Of a stretch of DNA of 64,000 nucleotides, positions 49,330 through 58,504 are shown one piece after another. The notes under the pieces are model-generated. The model was not told the origin of the DNA. It searched no databases and saw only the letters and a program-made list of their open reading frames with translations. Origin of the DNA: Candidatus Saccharimonadota bacterium (GTDB lineage: Bacteria > Patescibacteriota > Saccharimonadia > QS-5-54-17); NCBI GenBank assembly GCA_050486185.1, contig JBJHCT010000003.1, forward strand, positions 37,500 through 101,499. The letters are read 5' to 3'. A program made the translations under genes and the position numbers. How positions within the stretch are numbered: position 1 is the first letter of the stretch; every line of letters starts with the position of its first letter.

Positions 49330-50241
49330 ATGGATAATATCAACCAAGACCCTAAATCACCAGTCATATCAATCAACGGCTTAGTTAAAAAGTTCGGCTC
49401 CACAGTAGCTTTAGATGGATTAGATATGCAAGTTGGGACTGGAGAGGTTCATGGGCTGCTTGGCCCCAATGGAGCCGGTAAATCTACTACTATTAGGGTA
49501 CTTTTAGGATTACTTCGCCAAGATCAAGGAGAGATCGAGTTGCTTGGTGGTGACCCTTGGCATGATGCTGTTAAGTTGCACGAGAAGCTGGCTTACGTGC
49601 CTGGTGAAGTTAATCTTTGGGATAATCTATCTGGTGGTGAGATTATCGATTTATTGATTGATTTACGAGGTAATGTAGATATTAATCGTCGTCAGGAACT
49701 AATAGAGCGTTTCCGTCTAGATTCAAGTAAAAAGTTTCGCACCTATTCCAAGGGCAATAGACAGAAAGTAGCCTTAATTGCGGCTCTGGCCTCAGATGTT
49801 GATTTGTATATTTTAGATGAACCAACATCAGGGTTAGATCCTTTATTAGAATTAGTTTTTCAAGATGAGATTAGAAGATTAAAAGACCTAGGCAAAACTA
49901 TTTTGCTATCTAGTCATATCTTAGCCGAAGTTGAGGCTTTATGTGACCGAGTAACTATCATTAGGGAAGGCCAAGTTGTTGAGTCAGGTTCATTAGATGA
50001 GTTGCGCCATCTAACCAGAACTACTATTAAAGTAGCCACAACCAAACCACTAGCTGAGATCGGCCGATTGCCTGGTATGCATGAATTTAAATCCGAAGGT
50101 AGATATGCTGAATTTGAAGTTGAGCCGGAGTATCTCAACAATGTTCTTACCCACTTAAGTCAGTTGCAGGTTGAGTCGATCATCTCTCATCCACCGACTC
50201 TAGAGGAGATGTTTATGGGACATTACAAAGGCGATGACTAG
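49330..50241 (+). CDS. ABC exporter ATP-binding subunit
   Basis: GPNGAGKST, YSKGNRQK, LDEPTSGLDP, SSH. Confidence 0.95.
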   Translation: MDNINQDPKSPVISINGLVKKFGSTVALDGLDMQVGTGEVHGLLGPNGAGKSTTIRVLLGLLRQDQGEIELLGGDPWHDAVKLHEKLAYVPGEVNLWDNLSGGEIIDLLIDLRGNVDINRRQELIERFRLDSSKKFRTYSKGNRQKVALIAALASDVDLYILDEPTSGLDPLLELVFQDEIRRLKDLGKTILLSSHILAEVEALCDRVTIIREGQVVESGSLDELRHLTRTTIKVATTKPLAEIGRLPGMHEFKSEGRYAEFEVEPEYLNNVLTHLSQLQVESIISHPPTLEEMFMGHYKGDD

Positions 50242-50262
50242 AAAGGTGAGTTTTCAAGATCA

Positions 50263-51897
50263 ATGAAAGAACACTTTAAAGGAACTTTAAGACTACTGAG
50301 GTTGGCTATTCGTCGGGATAGACTGAAGCTATCTATAACTTTTGTGGCCGTAGCGGTATTAGTTCCTGCTTTAGTTAACGGAGTGAAGGAGATTTTTCCC
50401 TCTCAAGCCGAGATGGTTCAAGGCGCTACGCTGCTAGCTGCTAATCCAGCCATGCGTTTATTTGGTCTACCTATAGGAACAGATATGGGCCATATTCTAA
50501 TGCTAAGATCTTTTGTAACACTCGCTATTTTAGCTGCTTTTGTTAGTACTTTCTTAGTTATTAGGCACACTAGGCAGAACGAGGAGGTCGGTAGATCAGA
50601 ACTAGTTAAATCTGGCCCTGTGGGTCGGTATAGCTTTTTAACATCTAGCCTTATACTAGTTTTGTTAGTTAACTCGATCTTAGGATTATTAATAGCTACT
50701 GGATTTATATTAGGAGACCTACCCATAAGAGGTGCTATTTTAGTAGGTACAGCTGCCGGTTTAGTTGGTCTAGCTTTTGCATCCATAGCATTTATCTGCG
50801 CCCAAGTTGCCCAGACCTCTAGAAGCGCTAATAACTTAGCAGCTTCTACTATTGGAGTCAGCTTTATATTGAGTGGAATCGGTAGTGTTTTGGGCCAGGC
50901 TAGAGACGGCCATTTAGCGGTAATAGATCCTCATTGGGCCTCGTGGCTTTCGCCTATTGGTTGGGCTCAGACAATGAGGCCGTTTGCGGAAAATAATCTA
51001 TCGATAATCTGGCTGTTTGTGATCTTTAGTCTAATCTGTATAGTCACAGCCTGGATATTAGCAAGCAAACGGGATGATGGTCAGGGCATATTAGCGGCCA
51101 GTTCTGGTAAAGCTTCGGCCTCGTCTTGGTTATTGAGTCTAACGGGTTTAAATTGGCGGCTTAACAGAGGTGTATTTATCGGCTGGTTGATTGGATCTAC
51201 TGCTACGGCGGCTGTTTTTGCTGTCATGGCTCCTGATGTATCTGAACTGCTATCTCAAGCCGAGGGTATCGCCGATATCTTAATTGCTGCTACCGGATCA
51301 GCAGATATAGTTCTAGCCTTTTTTGGCGCTGGTACCGGTATAGCCGGTATCTTATCTGCCATCTATGTAGTGCAGATGGTTTTGAAACTACGAGTCGAGG
51401 AGAATCGAGCCTTAGAGTTGATGTTTTCTGGGAAGCTATCTAAAAGCAGATGGTTAATCTCTAGTACGTTATACATAGTAGCAACTACCACCTTGATACT
51501 ACTAGCTTTTGGTTTAGTGACGTCTCTACTATCAAACTTGATGTTAGAGGATTTCGCCAACTTATTTAGCGAAATAGTTATCGGCTCTATGGTCCAGCTT
51601 CCGGCAGTACTGCTCATCATGAGCTTAGTTTTAACCGCATTTGCACTGCTGCCCAGACTAACCAATGCTCTAGCTTGGAGCATACTATCTATCAGCATTA
51701 TCTTTAGCCCCTTCTTTAGTTCCATGTTCAACCTACCAGATGCGTTAATCAATCTATCGCCTCTAGCTCACAGCCCATCAGTGCCGCCACTGGATAATCT
51801 AGAGGCCGAGCCGCTAATTATTCTCTCAGTTATAGCTTTAGTGTTGATAAGTATTAGTATTATAGCTTTTAGGCGGCGGGATCTACAGACTAACTAG
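50263..51897 (+). CDS. ABC-2 type permease (tetronasin-resistance-like)
   Basis: RRDR, RHTRQNEEVGRSEL, SPIGW, FRRRDL. Confidence 0.85.
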   Translation: MKEHFKGTLRLLRLAIRRDRLKLSITFVAVAVLVPALVNGVKEIFPSQAEMVQGATLLAANPAMRLFGLPIGTDMGHILMLRSFVTLAILAAFVSTFLVIRHTRQNEEVGRSELVKSGPVGRYSFLTSSLILVLLVNSILGLLIATGFILGDLPIRGAILVGTAAGLVGLAFASIAFICAQVAQTSRSANNLAASTIGVSFILSGIGSVLGQARDGHLAVIDPHWASWLSPIGWAQTMRPFAENNLSIIWLFVIFSLICIVTAWILASKRDDGQGILAASSGKASASSWLLSLTGLNWRLNRGVFIGWLIGSTATAAVFAVMAPDVSELLSQAEGIADILIAATGSADIVLAFFGAGTGIAGILSAIYVVQMVLKLRVEENRALELMFSGKLSKSRWLISSTLYIVATTTLILLAFGLVTSLLSNLMLEDFANLFSEIVIGSMVQLPAVLLIMSLVLTAFALLPRLTNALAWSILSISIIFSPFFSSMFNLPDALINLSPLAHSPSVPPLDNLEAEPLIILSVIALVLISISIIAFRRRDLQTN

Positions 51898-51961
51898 GTT
51901 TATTTAGAAATACCCAGGGCTATACTTGCTCCTGTGATAAAGATGCTATAATGCTCTTACT

Positions 51962-52561
51962 ATGGCAAATCAGCCAGCTAAGAGGGCGCTTTTTATACTG
52001 TTACTGCTTGTGGGGGCTGGGGTGATTGGCCTAGGCGCTTTCTGGTTAACTAATAGATTCGTAACTCAAGAAGCAGCAAATATCAGTTCCTTTACTGAGT
52101 GTGAGGCGGCTGGATATCCGGTCATGGAGTCTCACCCTAGGAGGTGTAATACACCGGGCGGCAAGACCTTTGTTGAAGATATAGAAGGTGAAGAAGATAA
52201 CGGAATAGAGATGGCCGAGTATGCTTCTACTAAAGGCGAGACTATTCGTTTGTTTTCTCCGCAATCAGGAGACGTTATTACCTCACCTTTGAGTATTTCC
52301 GGAGAAGTTAGAGGTAATTGGTCGTTTGAAGCTGACTTTCCTATAGAGATTTGGGACTGGCAGGGAAATGTAGTAGCTAGTGGTATCGGTACTCTAACAG
52401 ATGATTGGATGACTGACGAGTATGTTTTATTTGAGTCAACTATAGAATTTGATGATGCTGATTTAGATGGTCAGGGGATGTTGGTGCTACATAAAGACAA
52501 CCCATCAGACCTAGAAGAGCATGACGATCGTTTAGAGATTCCGATTTTATTTAACAACTAA
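51962..52561 (+). CDS. Membrane-anchored Gmad2 Ig-like domain protein
   Basis: SFTECEAAGYPVMESHPRRC; SPL.ISGEVRGNWSFEADFP, DWMT, KDNPS. Confidence 0.8.
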   Translation: MANQPAKRALFILLLLVGAGVIGLGAFWLTNRFVTQEAANISSFTECEAAGYPVMESHPRRCNTPGGKTFVEDIEGEEDNGIEMAEYASTKGETIRLFSPQSGDVITSPLSISGEVRGNWSFEADFPIEIWDWQGNVVASGIGTLTDDWMTDEYVLFESTIEFDDADLDGQGMLVLHKDNPSDLEEHDDRLEIPILFNN

Positions 52562-52573
52562 ATCTTTTAGTTG

Positions 52574-53431
52574 TTAGTCTTTGTCTTTGTCTTTATCTTT
52601 GTCTTTGTCTTTATAGCTACCTTTCCATAGGCGCAAGATTCCAGCTAGAATCAGCGCTAGTAAACTCAAGCCGGTTAAAGTAGCGATGACGGGTAGTAGT
52701 GCACCGGTGATAATGGGGGCTACTTCGTTAATGATAGAATCAACCCTACCACTACCAGCCTCAGAAGCCATACCGCTTAATATTCCCAAAACTGCTACTA
52801 AAGGCAGTAAACTCATCAATACCACAAAACTAGGAGATACTAATCTCCCGAAGCGATGGCTGAAATAGGTGAGGCTACTTAGCAGCAGCAGGCTTACTAG
52901 GCTTAAAATTATGAGGGTACCCCTAGATTTTAAGTGCGAGTCATAGCTAACTAGCGAGATAAAACTAGCATCATTAATAAAGCTATCGATCTCGTCTTGA
53001 TCATCGGTTATTTGAGCGGCTAACTCCTCAGGACCATTATAGTAAAGCGGTTCGGTGATTTGGCGAAATATTGCTAGCCTCAACTCTCTAGGAGATAACT
53101 CTTGGGCCTCAGCCTTGGTAATGCTGATAAACTCCATGCCTTCGATTGGATGTATAACATCTTCATCCTTAAACTCATCTAAAATCTCGTTAATATCACC
53201 TTCATAATCTAACCCTTCAGGACTGAAGGCTGCAGCTATTGCTAGTGTCGATATATCGATAGCATTTTCAGGGCTACTCAGCCGCCAAAAACTAAAGACT
53301 AGCAGTGTAGCTAGTACTAATAGGATCGATAGTATGCCGCTGATCCATTTAAGATCGACATGCCAATACGGTCTGATTTTAGGAGTTTTATCCTGGCTCT
53401 TTGGGCGTTTAAACATAAGCTGATTATACAC
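52574..53431 (-). CDS. Hypothetical membrane protein ending in (KD)6
   Basis: 4 TM segments. Confidence 0.65.
   Translation of the reverse strand: MYNQLMFKRPKSQDKTPKIRPYWHVDLKWISGILSILLVLATLLVFSFWRLSSPENAIDISTLAIAAAFSPEGLDYEGDINEILDEFKDEDVIHPIEGMEFISITKAEAQELSPRELRLAIFRQITEPLYYNGPEELAAQITDDQDEIDSFINDASFISLVSYDSHLKSRGTLIILSLVSLLLLSSLTYFSHRFGRLVSPSFVVLMSLLPLVAVLGILSGMASEAGSGRVDSIINEVAPIITGALLPVIATLTGLSLLALILAGILRLWKGSYKDKDKDKDKDKD
52577..52612. repeat. Hexamer tandem repeat (RTCTTT)x6
   Basis: gtcttt x3, atcttt, gtcttt x2. Confidence 0.85.
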
Positions 53432-53483
53432 CGCCTATCTTTTAAAGCGCCAACTCAAGCAGTTTTTGCTATGATATACCTAT

Positions 53484-53831
53484 ATGGTTAAACACTTTAT
53501 CTTTAAATACGCCTATCATCTCCTATTTATACTATCAATATCTGCCATCCTAGCCGGTGTCTGGGTTTATCACTACATTGAGGGTATGAGCTGGATCGAT
53601 GCTTATTATTTTAGTGTTATTACTTTAGCTACTGTCGGTTACGGTGATATAACCCCTCAGACTAACTTTGGCAAAATATTTACTACTATATATGTACTAG
53701 TCGGTATAGCCATAATCGGTGGATTTATAGGTACTATAATTAGCCGCGGCAGAGATAGACTAGCCCAGAAGGTTCACTATCACCGCAGTCAGGACTATTA
53801 TAGCGAGGACAAGGAAGAGCCAAGACTTTAG
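53484..53831 (+). CDS. Minimal 2-TM potassium channel
   Basis: DAYYFSVITLATVGYGDITP. Confidence 0.92.
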   Translation: MVKHFIFKYAYHLLFILSISAILAGVWVYHYIEGMSWIDAYYFSVITLATVGYGDITPQTNFGKIFTTIYVLVGIAIIGGFIGTIISRGRDRLAQKVHYHRSQDYYSEDKEEPRL

Positions 53832-53878
53832 CTGATCGGACTTGGTGATTTTAAGTCTTTCATGTTACATTAACCCTT

Positions 53879-54358
53879 ATGAATACTAAAGCCATTATTG
53901 CCATAGTATTAGCTGTAGTTGCTGTCGGCTTAGTTGCTATATTCTTTTTTGCAGGCGGTGTTAATGACGAAGATGTGGACGATACCACTACTCAAGAAGA
54001 GACAACAGCTAACGGTGAAGCTGAGACGACTCCAGGAGATGATCCTAGAACTATCGATGATGGCAGCGATGAGGTTGAGGGCGTAGAAGGAACTACGGTT
54101 AGGTATAGCTCCAGTGGCTTTGCTCCAGCTACATTAACAGTTAGTGTTGGTGGCACGGTTTCGTTTATGAATGGTAGTAATACCAACATGTGGGTGGCAT
54201 CCGACCCACATCCAATTCACAACGACTACCCGGATTTCGATGCCGGCAGAGGTTATGCTCCAGGAGATACTTATGAGTTTACTTTCACTAAAACTGGCAC
54301 ATATGGCTATCACGACCATCTCAATCCTACTCGTGGCGGCACTATAGTCGTTGAGTAG
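53879..54358 (+). CDS. Membrane-anchored cupredoxin-fold protein
   Basis: GFAPATLTVSVGGTVSF, ASDPHPIH, FTFTKTGTYGYHDHL. Confidence 0.8.
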   Translation: MNTKAIIAIVLAVVAVGLVAIFFFAGGVNDEDVDDTTTQEETTANGEAETTPGDDPRTIDDGSDEVEGVEGTTVRYSSSGFAPATLTVSVGGTVSFMNGSNTNMWVASDPHPIHNDYPDFDAGRGYAPGDTYEFTFTKTGTYGYHDHLNPTRGGTIVVE

Positions 54359-54362
54359 CTAT

Positions 54363-55865
54363 TTAATAACCGGGGAAATAATCGGTTTTAACTTGTAATT
54401 TATCTATATTTGCTTCTATCAACATAACCTCAACATCTTTAATCATGGCCGGTGGTCCAGATAAGTAGTAAGTTGCGTCAGTGTAGTTATCTACATACTC
54501 TTTAACTAAATCGATATCTAGCTGATGAGACTTATCTCTATATAGGTAAACTACTTTGAGTCCTATGCTACTAGCGTTTTTATCAAAGTAGTCTTTAAAG
54601 ATAACAGAATCCTCACCTCTATTGATATAAAAAAGAGTAATATCTCTTGTTTGATCTTCGTCTTTCAACCACTGGGCCATAGCTTTGAAGGGAGTAATCC
54701 CTACTCCTGCTGCTATCCAAACTAAAGGTTTATCTTCATTTTTAGGCAATACAAACTCTCCCTCGGGTCCGGTAACAGATAGCTCATCCTCTGGTTTTAA
54801 CTCAAGCAAGGCTTTCTTGAAACTACTGATTTTATCTGACTCACGAGGAAATTTAGCTGTTAATCTAAGCTCTTTTTCGCTAGGAGAGGAAGCGATCGTG
54901 AAAAAGCGTCTACTGCCTCGTAAATCTATCTTTTTGTGCGGCAAGGACCAATCCAGGTATTGACCAGCTAGAAACTCTAAGCCATCTGGCCTATTAAAGA
55001 CCAAGGTTTTAATATCGCTAGCTTCATCAACAACTGATTGTAATTTGAGCTTAAACCTACGACTTGCGCCTAAGAGTAGGGCTAGTAAGTTAGCAATCAA
55101 CAGACTTAATTCCAGAGAGTAAAATACGCTCAAGAGATTTTGAATCGATACTAGTAAGATAGCTGTAACTATCCCGAATACGATCTGTTGGTTCTTTCTA
55201 GTTGGTGAGGTCTGTGGTTCAACCAACATCACAAAAGCAAAGAAGATAATCGGGGAGTTAAGTAGAATTCTTTCCAGCAAGCCATAGGTACTAGCAAGGT
55301 CACTACCACCAATTAAGTTAGTTGCAAACATCAACGTAAAGTAGGTCAGCAAAAAGGCCGCAATCATACCGAAACGTTTGATCTTTTTAACAATCAAGAG
55401 ACCGCCTAGCAATACTACTGGCAAGATCCAAGCTCCGCTCACCCACCAGCTAGCTCCTTGGTCGAAGATGATGTAGCTAGCCATGACAGCTACTACAGCC
55501 GGATTAAATATATGTTTGCGCCTGTAGGTAAGTAAATATTTTGAAGCCATAGCAGCGGCTGCTAGGAGGATAAATATATGTAAATTAGCAGCTATAGGTA
55601 GAGGTCCGACTATTAAAGTCAGTATTAGACCGGTAATCAAAGGCGATTCTATAGTTGCATCAGCTTTAAATAGTCTTGCTAAGACCCAGTTAAAGATTAA
55701 ACAAAGACCGGGCAGGATGAGGCTAGCAAGTATTAACTCTAAGGGGTTGTAAAACAATACATCAAAGAAGCTTAAAATTACTACGTAGAAGATGATGGAG
55801 GCTAGATAGGCTCTCATTAAAAACAGCATACTAAAGCGATTTAGGAGTGAGTCTATATACCTCAT
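54363..55865 (-). CDS. NqrB/RnfD-like membrane domain fused to FAD/NAD(P)-binding reductase domain
   Basis: ASKY..KHIFNP, WW, MLVEPQTSP; GQY, RFFTIASSP, AAGVGITPF, DYFPGY. Confidence 0.85.
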   Translation of the reverse strand: MRYIDSLLNRFSMLFLMRAYLASIIFYVVILSFFDVLFYNPLELILASLILPGLCLIFNWVLARLFKADATIESPLITGLILTLIVGPLPIAANLHIFILLAAAAMASKYLLTYRRKHIFNPAVVAVMASYIIFDQGASWWVSGAWILPVVLLGGLLIVKKIKRFGMIAAFLLTYFTLMFATNLIGGSDLASTYGLLERILLNSPIIFFAFVMLVEPQTSPTRKNQQIVFGIVTAILLVSIQNLLSVFYSLELSLLIANLLALLLGASRRFKLKLQSVVDEASDIKTLVFNRPDGLEFLAGQYLDWSLPHKKIDLRGSRRFFTIASSPSEKELRLTAKFPRESDKISSFKKALLELKPEDELSVTGPEGEFVLPKNEDKPLVWIAAGVGITPFKAMAQWLKDEDQTRDITLFYINRGEDSVIFKDYFDKNASSIGLKVVYLYRDKSHQLDIDLVKEYVDNYTDATYYLSGPPAMIKDVEVMLIEANIDKLQVKTDYFPGY

Positions 55866-56043
55866 ATACTTCTTAGGGTAACAGAAATGCAAGCCCAGTA
55901 CCTAGAAATAAAAGATTTTAAATCCAGGTTTCAAGGGGTAATAAGAAGGTCGTTTTATTTGCCCTTTTAACTAAAAAGGTATATCATTGTCACTATAAAC
56001 TCTTTGAAGTTAACAGTATAAATAAATAAGGAGCATTAAAGTT

Positions 56044-56250
56044 ATGAATATTTTCGGATTAGGCGTACCAGAACTGATACTAATCATCGTGTTAGTACTA
56101 TTACTATTCGGAGGCAAGAAGCTTCCTCAACTATCTAGAAACGTATCTTCCGCCATCAAAGATCTAAGACGCGGTTTCTCAGGTGATATCGATGAAGAAA
56201 TGGACATAGAGAACGTAGCTAAAAACAGCAGTAAGAAAAGCTCTAAATAA
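56044..56250 (+). CDS. tatA: Twin-arginine translocase TatA
   Basis: GLGVPELILI..LLLFGGKKLPQL. Confidence 0.92.
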   Translation: MNIFGLGVPELILIIVLVLLLFGGKKLPQLSRNVSSAIKDLRRGFSGDIDEEMDIENVAKNSSKKSSK

Positions 56251-56364
56251 CTCTTCCAAACTTCCAAGAAGTACCTTTTAAAAATTTCAAAACAAACCAA
56301 CCAAACCTCAAACTAGATATCAACAAAAAAGATATCTCTTAGTGAAACAAATAGAAAAGTAAAA

Positions 56365-57219
56365 ATGAGCAAAAGCAAAAACCAAGATCAGTTAGATAAT
56401 GTCACTACTTTCCACGGCCACCTAAGAGAGCTGCGGAACAGGTTTTTCTATGTCGGCATGATTCTAATCGTCGGCTCAATCTTGGGTTTTATGGCTCATG
56501 AGCCAATCCAGGATATTTTGGTATCACCCCTAGGTCATCAGCTGCACTACACCTCTCCTATGGGAGGGTTGCAGTTTATCTTCAAAATCAGTCTTTTTGC
56601 CGGTATCTTACTGTCAATCCCAGCTTTTATATATAACTTAATCAAGTTTGTAGAACCTTCTATAGGTAAAGAGAATGTTAACTATAGCCTCAAGATTATC
56701 AGCGCGTCATTCTTGCTACTTGCCACCGGTATATCTTTCGGTTACTTCGTATCGTTACCGGCTGTACTATCATTCCTAGTCGGTTTTGCACCTGATAGTA
56801 TTGCCCCGATTATCACCACCAATGAATACTTATCATTCGTAACACTATATCTATTTGCTTTTGGTCTAATCTTCCAAATACCCCTAATATTCTTAATCAT
56901 CAACAACTTTACTCCCCTAAATCCAGATAAGCTGAATAAATCACAAAAGTATGTAGTAGTAGTAAGTTACATTGCAGCAGCTATCATTAGTCCAACTATC
57001 GATGTCATCAACCAAACCATCATGGCTCTGCCTATAATCGTGCTTTATGAAATATCTATCGGTCTAGTCTGGGTAGTTAACCGCTACGCTAAATACGATT
57101 GGGGAGAAGAGTTGGTTGAGGATGAGTTTGGCAATCTGGTAAACACTGAACCTGAAGAAGGCTTTGTAGCCTTGGTCGGCCAGGCTTTAAAGTCCCACCA
57201 ACTAGATAGATCATCCTAA
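56365..57219 (+). CDS. tatC: Twin-arginine translocase TatC
   Basis: HLRELRNR, FVEP, FGLIFQIP, AAIISPTID, LYEISI. Confidence 0.92.
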   Translation: MSKSKNQDQLDNVTTFHGHLRELRNRFFYVGMILIVGSILGFMAHEPIQDILVSPLGHQLHYTSPMGGLQFIFKISLFAGILLSIPAFIYNLIKFVEPSIGKENVNYSLKIISASFLLLATGISFGYFVSLPAVLSFLVGFAPDSIAPIITTNEYLSFVTLYLFAFGLIFQIPLIFLIINNFTPLNPDKLNKSQKYVVVVSYIAAAIISPTIDVINQTIMALPIIVLYEISIGLVWVVNRYAKYDWGEELVEDEFGNLVNTEPEEGFVALVGQALKSHQLDRSS

Positions 57220-57240
57220 GTCCGTTATCATATGTAGTGT

Positions 57241-58047
57241 ATGAACAAGATAGTTATATCAGCAATAGCGGTATTAGTGCTAGTAGTCGGTGGCTACGGA
57301 CTGTATTGGTATTTAGATAATCAAGCAGATGAAGTAGTTGAAGATAGCCTTGAACAAGAACAGATAGAGGAGCAGCCACAGCTAAGCCTGCAGGAGAGAT
57401 TTGTGAAAGTATTCTATGATGCTGATTTACCTAACCTAGAATGGCTAGAGGAAGCACCAGCTATAACCGGCAATGAAGAGGCCGACGCTCGCATTCGCTC
57501 CATAGCTGAGCAACGAGGATACAAACTGCAAGCCATACCAACGGTAGAGCTAGTAGAACTACAAGGTATATTAGTGCAAGAACCGGTAGTTGAAGCTTGG
57601 AACCAGATGCAGGCAGCTGCTATTGAAGAAGGTGTCTACCTAGGACTTGTATCGGGCCATAGATCGGTAGATAACCAAAGAGAGATATTTATAAATCAAT
57701 TACATGAGCGAGCCGATGAAGAGATTGGCAATCGCTACACCTTTGCTCAGATAGCTGGCGGTACAGCCGATGCGGTTCTTAACGATATACTAAGAGAATA
57801 TTCCATACCTGGCTATTCCAAGCACCACAACGGTTATACTATCGATATTACCGATACTACGGATGAGTATCCTTTCTATCAATTCGATAAAACTGCCGGG
57901 TATGCCTGGGTGAGCGGTAACGACTATGCCAACATTAGACGTTTCGGTTTTGTGCCTAGTTATCCTGAGGGTGGGCCAAGTCAAGGACCAGATCCGGAGC
58001 CGTGGGAGTATGTTTGGGTCGGTGAGGATAGAGCGCAGAATCTATAA
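57241..58047 (+). CDS. M15B/VanY-like carboxypeptidase
   Basis: SGHRS..Q, PGYSKHHNGYTID, FGF..SYP, EPWEY. Confidence 0.8.
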   Translation: MNKIVISAIAVLVLVVGGYGLYWYLDNQADEVVEDSLEQEQIEEQPQLSLQERFVKVFYDADLPNLEWLEEAPAITGNEEADARIRSIAEQRGYKLQAIPTVELVELQGILVQEPVVEAWNQMQAAAIEEGVYLGLVSGHRSVDNQREIFINQLHERADEEIGNRYTFAQIAGGTADAVLNDILREYSIPGYSKHHNGYTIDITDTTDEYPFYQFDKTAGYAWVSGNDYANIRRFGFVPSYPEGGPSQGPDPEPWEYVWVGEDRAQNL

Positions 58048-58049
58048 AT

Positions 58050-58082
58050 GTAAAAACCCCACTAAAATAGCGGGGTTTTTAC
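58050..58082. terminator. Bidirectional intrinsic terminator
   Basis: GTAAAAACCCCACTA-AAA-TAGCGGGGTTTTTAC between convergent genes. Confidence 0.85.
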
Positions 58083-58100
58083 TACCTAAATAGAGTTTAT

Positions 58101-58349
58101 CTATTCTTTAGGACGAGCAATGTCTACTCGCAAATTGCGACCTTCGAATTCCTTCTCATTTAGCTGATCAACAGCTGCCTGAGCTTCTTCGTCGCTAGAC
58201 ATCTCTACAAAGCCGAAGCCCTTAGATCTGCCAGTCTCACGGTCGGTAATGATAGCTACCGAAGTAACTGTACCTGCTTGTGAGAAGTGTTGAGTTAGGG
58301 CATCATCCGTAGTTCGATACGGTAGGTTGCCTACATATAGTTTAGCCAT
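58101..58349 (-). CDS. RRM RNA-binding protein
   Basis: RNP2 LYVGNL, RNP1 KGFGFVEM. Confidence 0.95.
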   Translation of the reverse strand: MAKLYVGNLPYRTTDDALTQHFSQAGTVTSVAIITDRETGRSKGFGFVEMSSDEEAQAAVDQLNEKEFEGRNLRVDIARPKE

Positions 58350-58504
58350 TTTGGCTCCTTATATTAATTTTATAGCACTAACTTTTTCTAAGGGTCCGGG
58401 GTCAGGGCTATAAAAATGAGCCAAATCTTACCTTGCGTTGCCTAAAATCTAAAAGTTAGTTCACTACTAAGTTTAACCCCTCGAGGGGGTTTTGTCTATA
58501 TCCC

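Noticed and set aside
52577-52612. Hexamer repeat as phase-variation switch
   Set aside because: Unit is a multiple of three at the extreme C-terminus, so slippage only changes tail length
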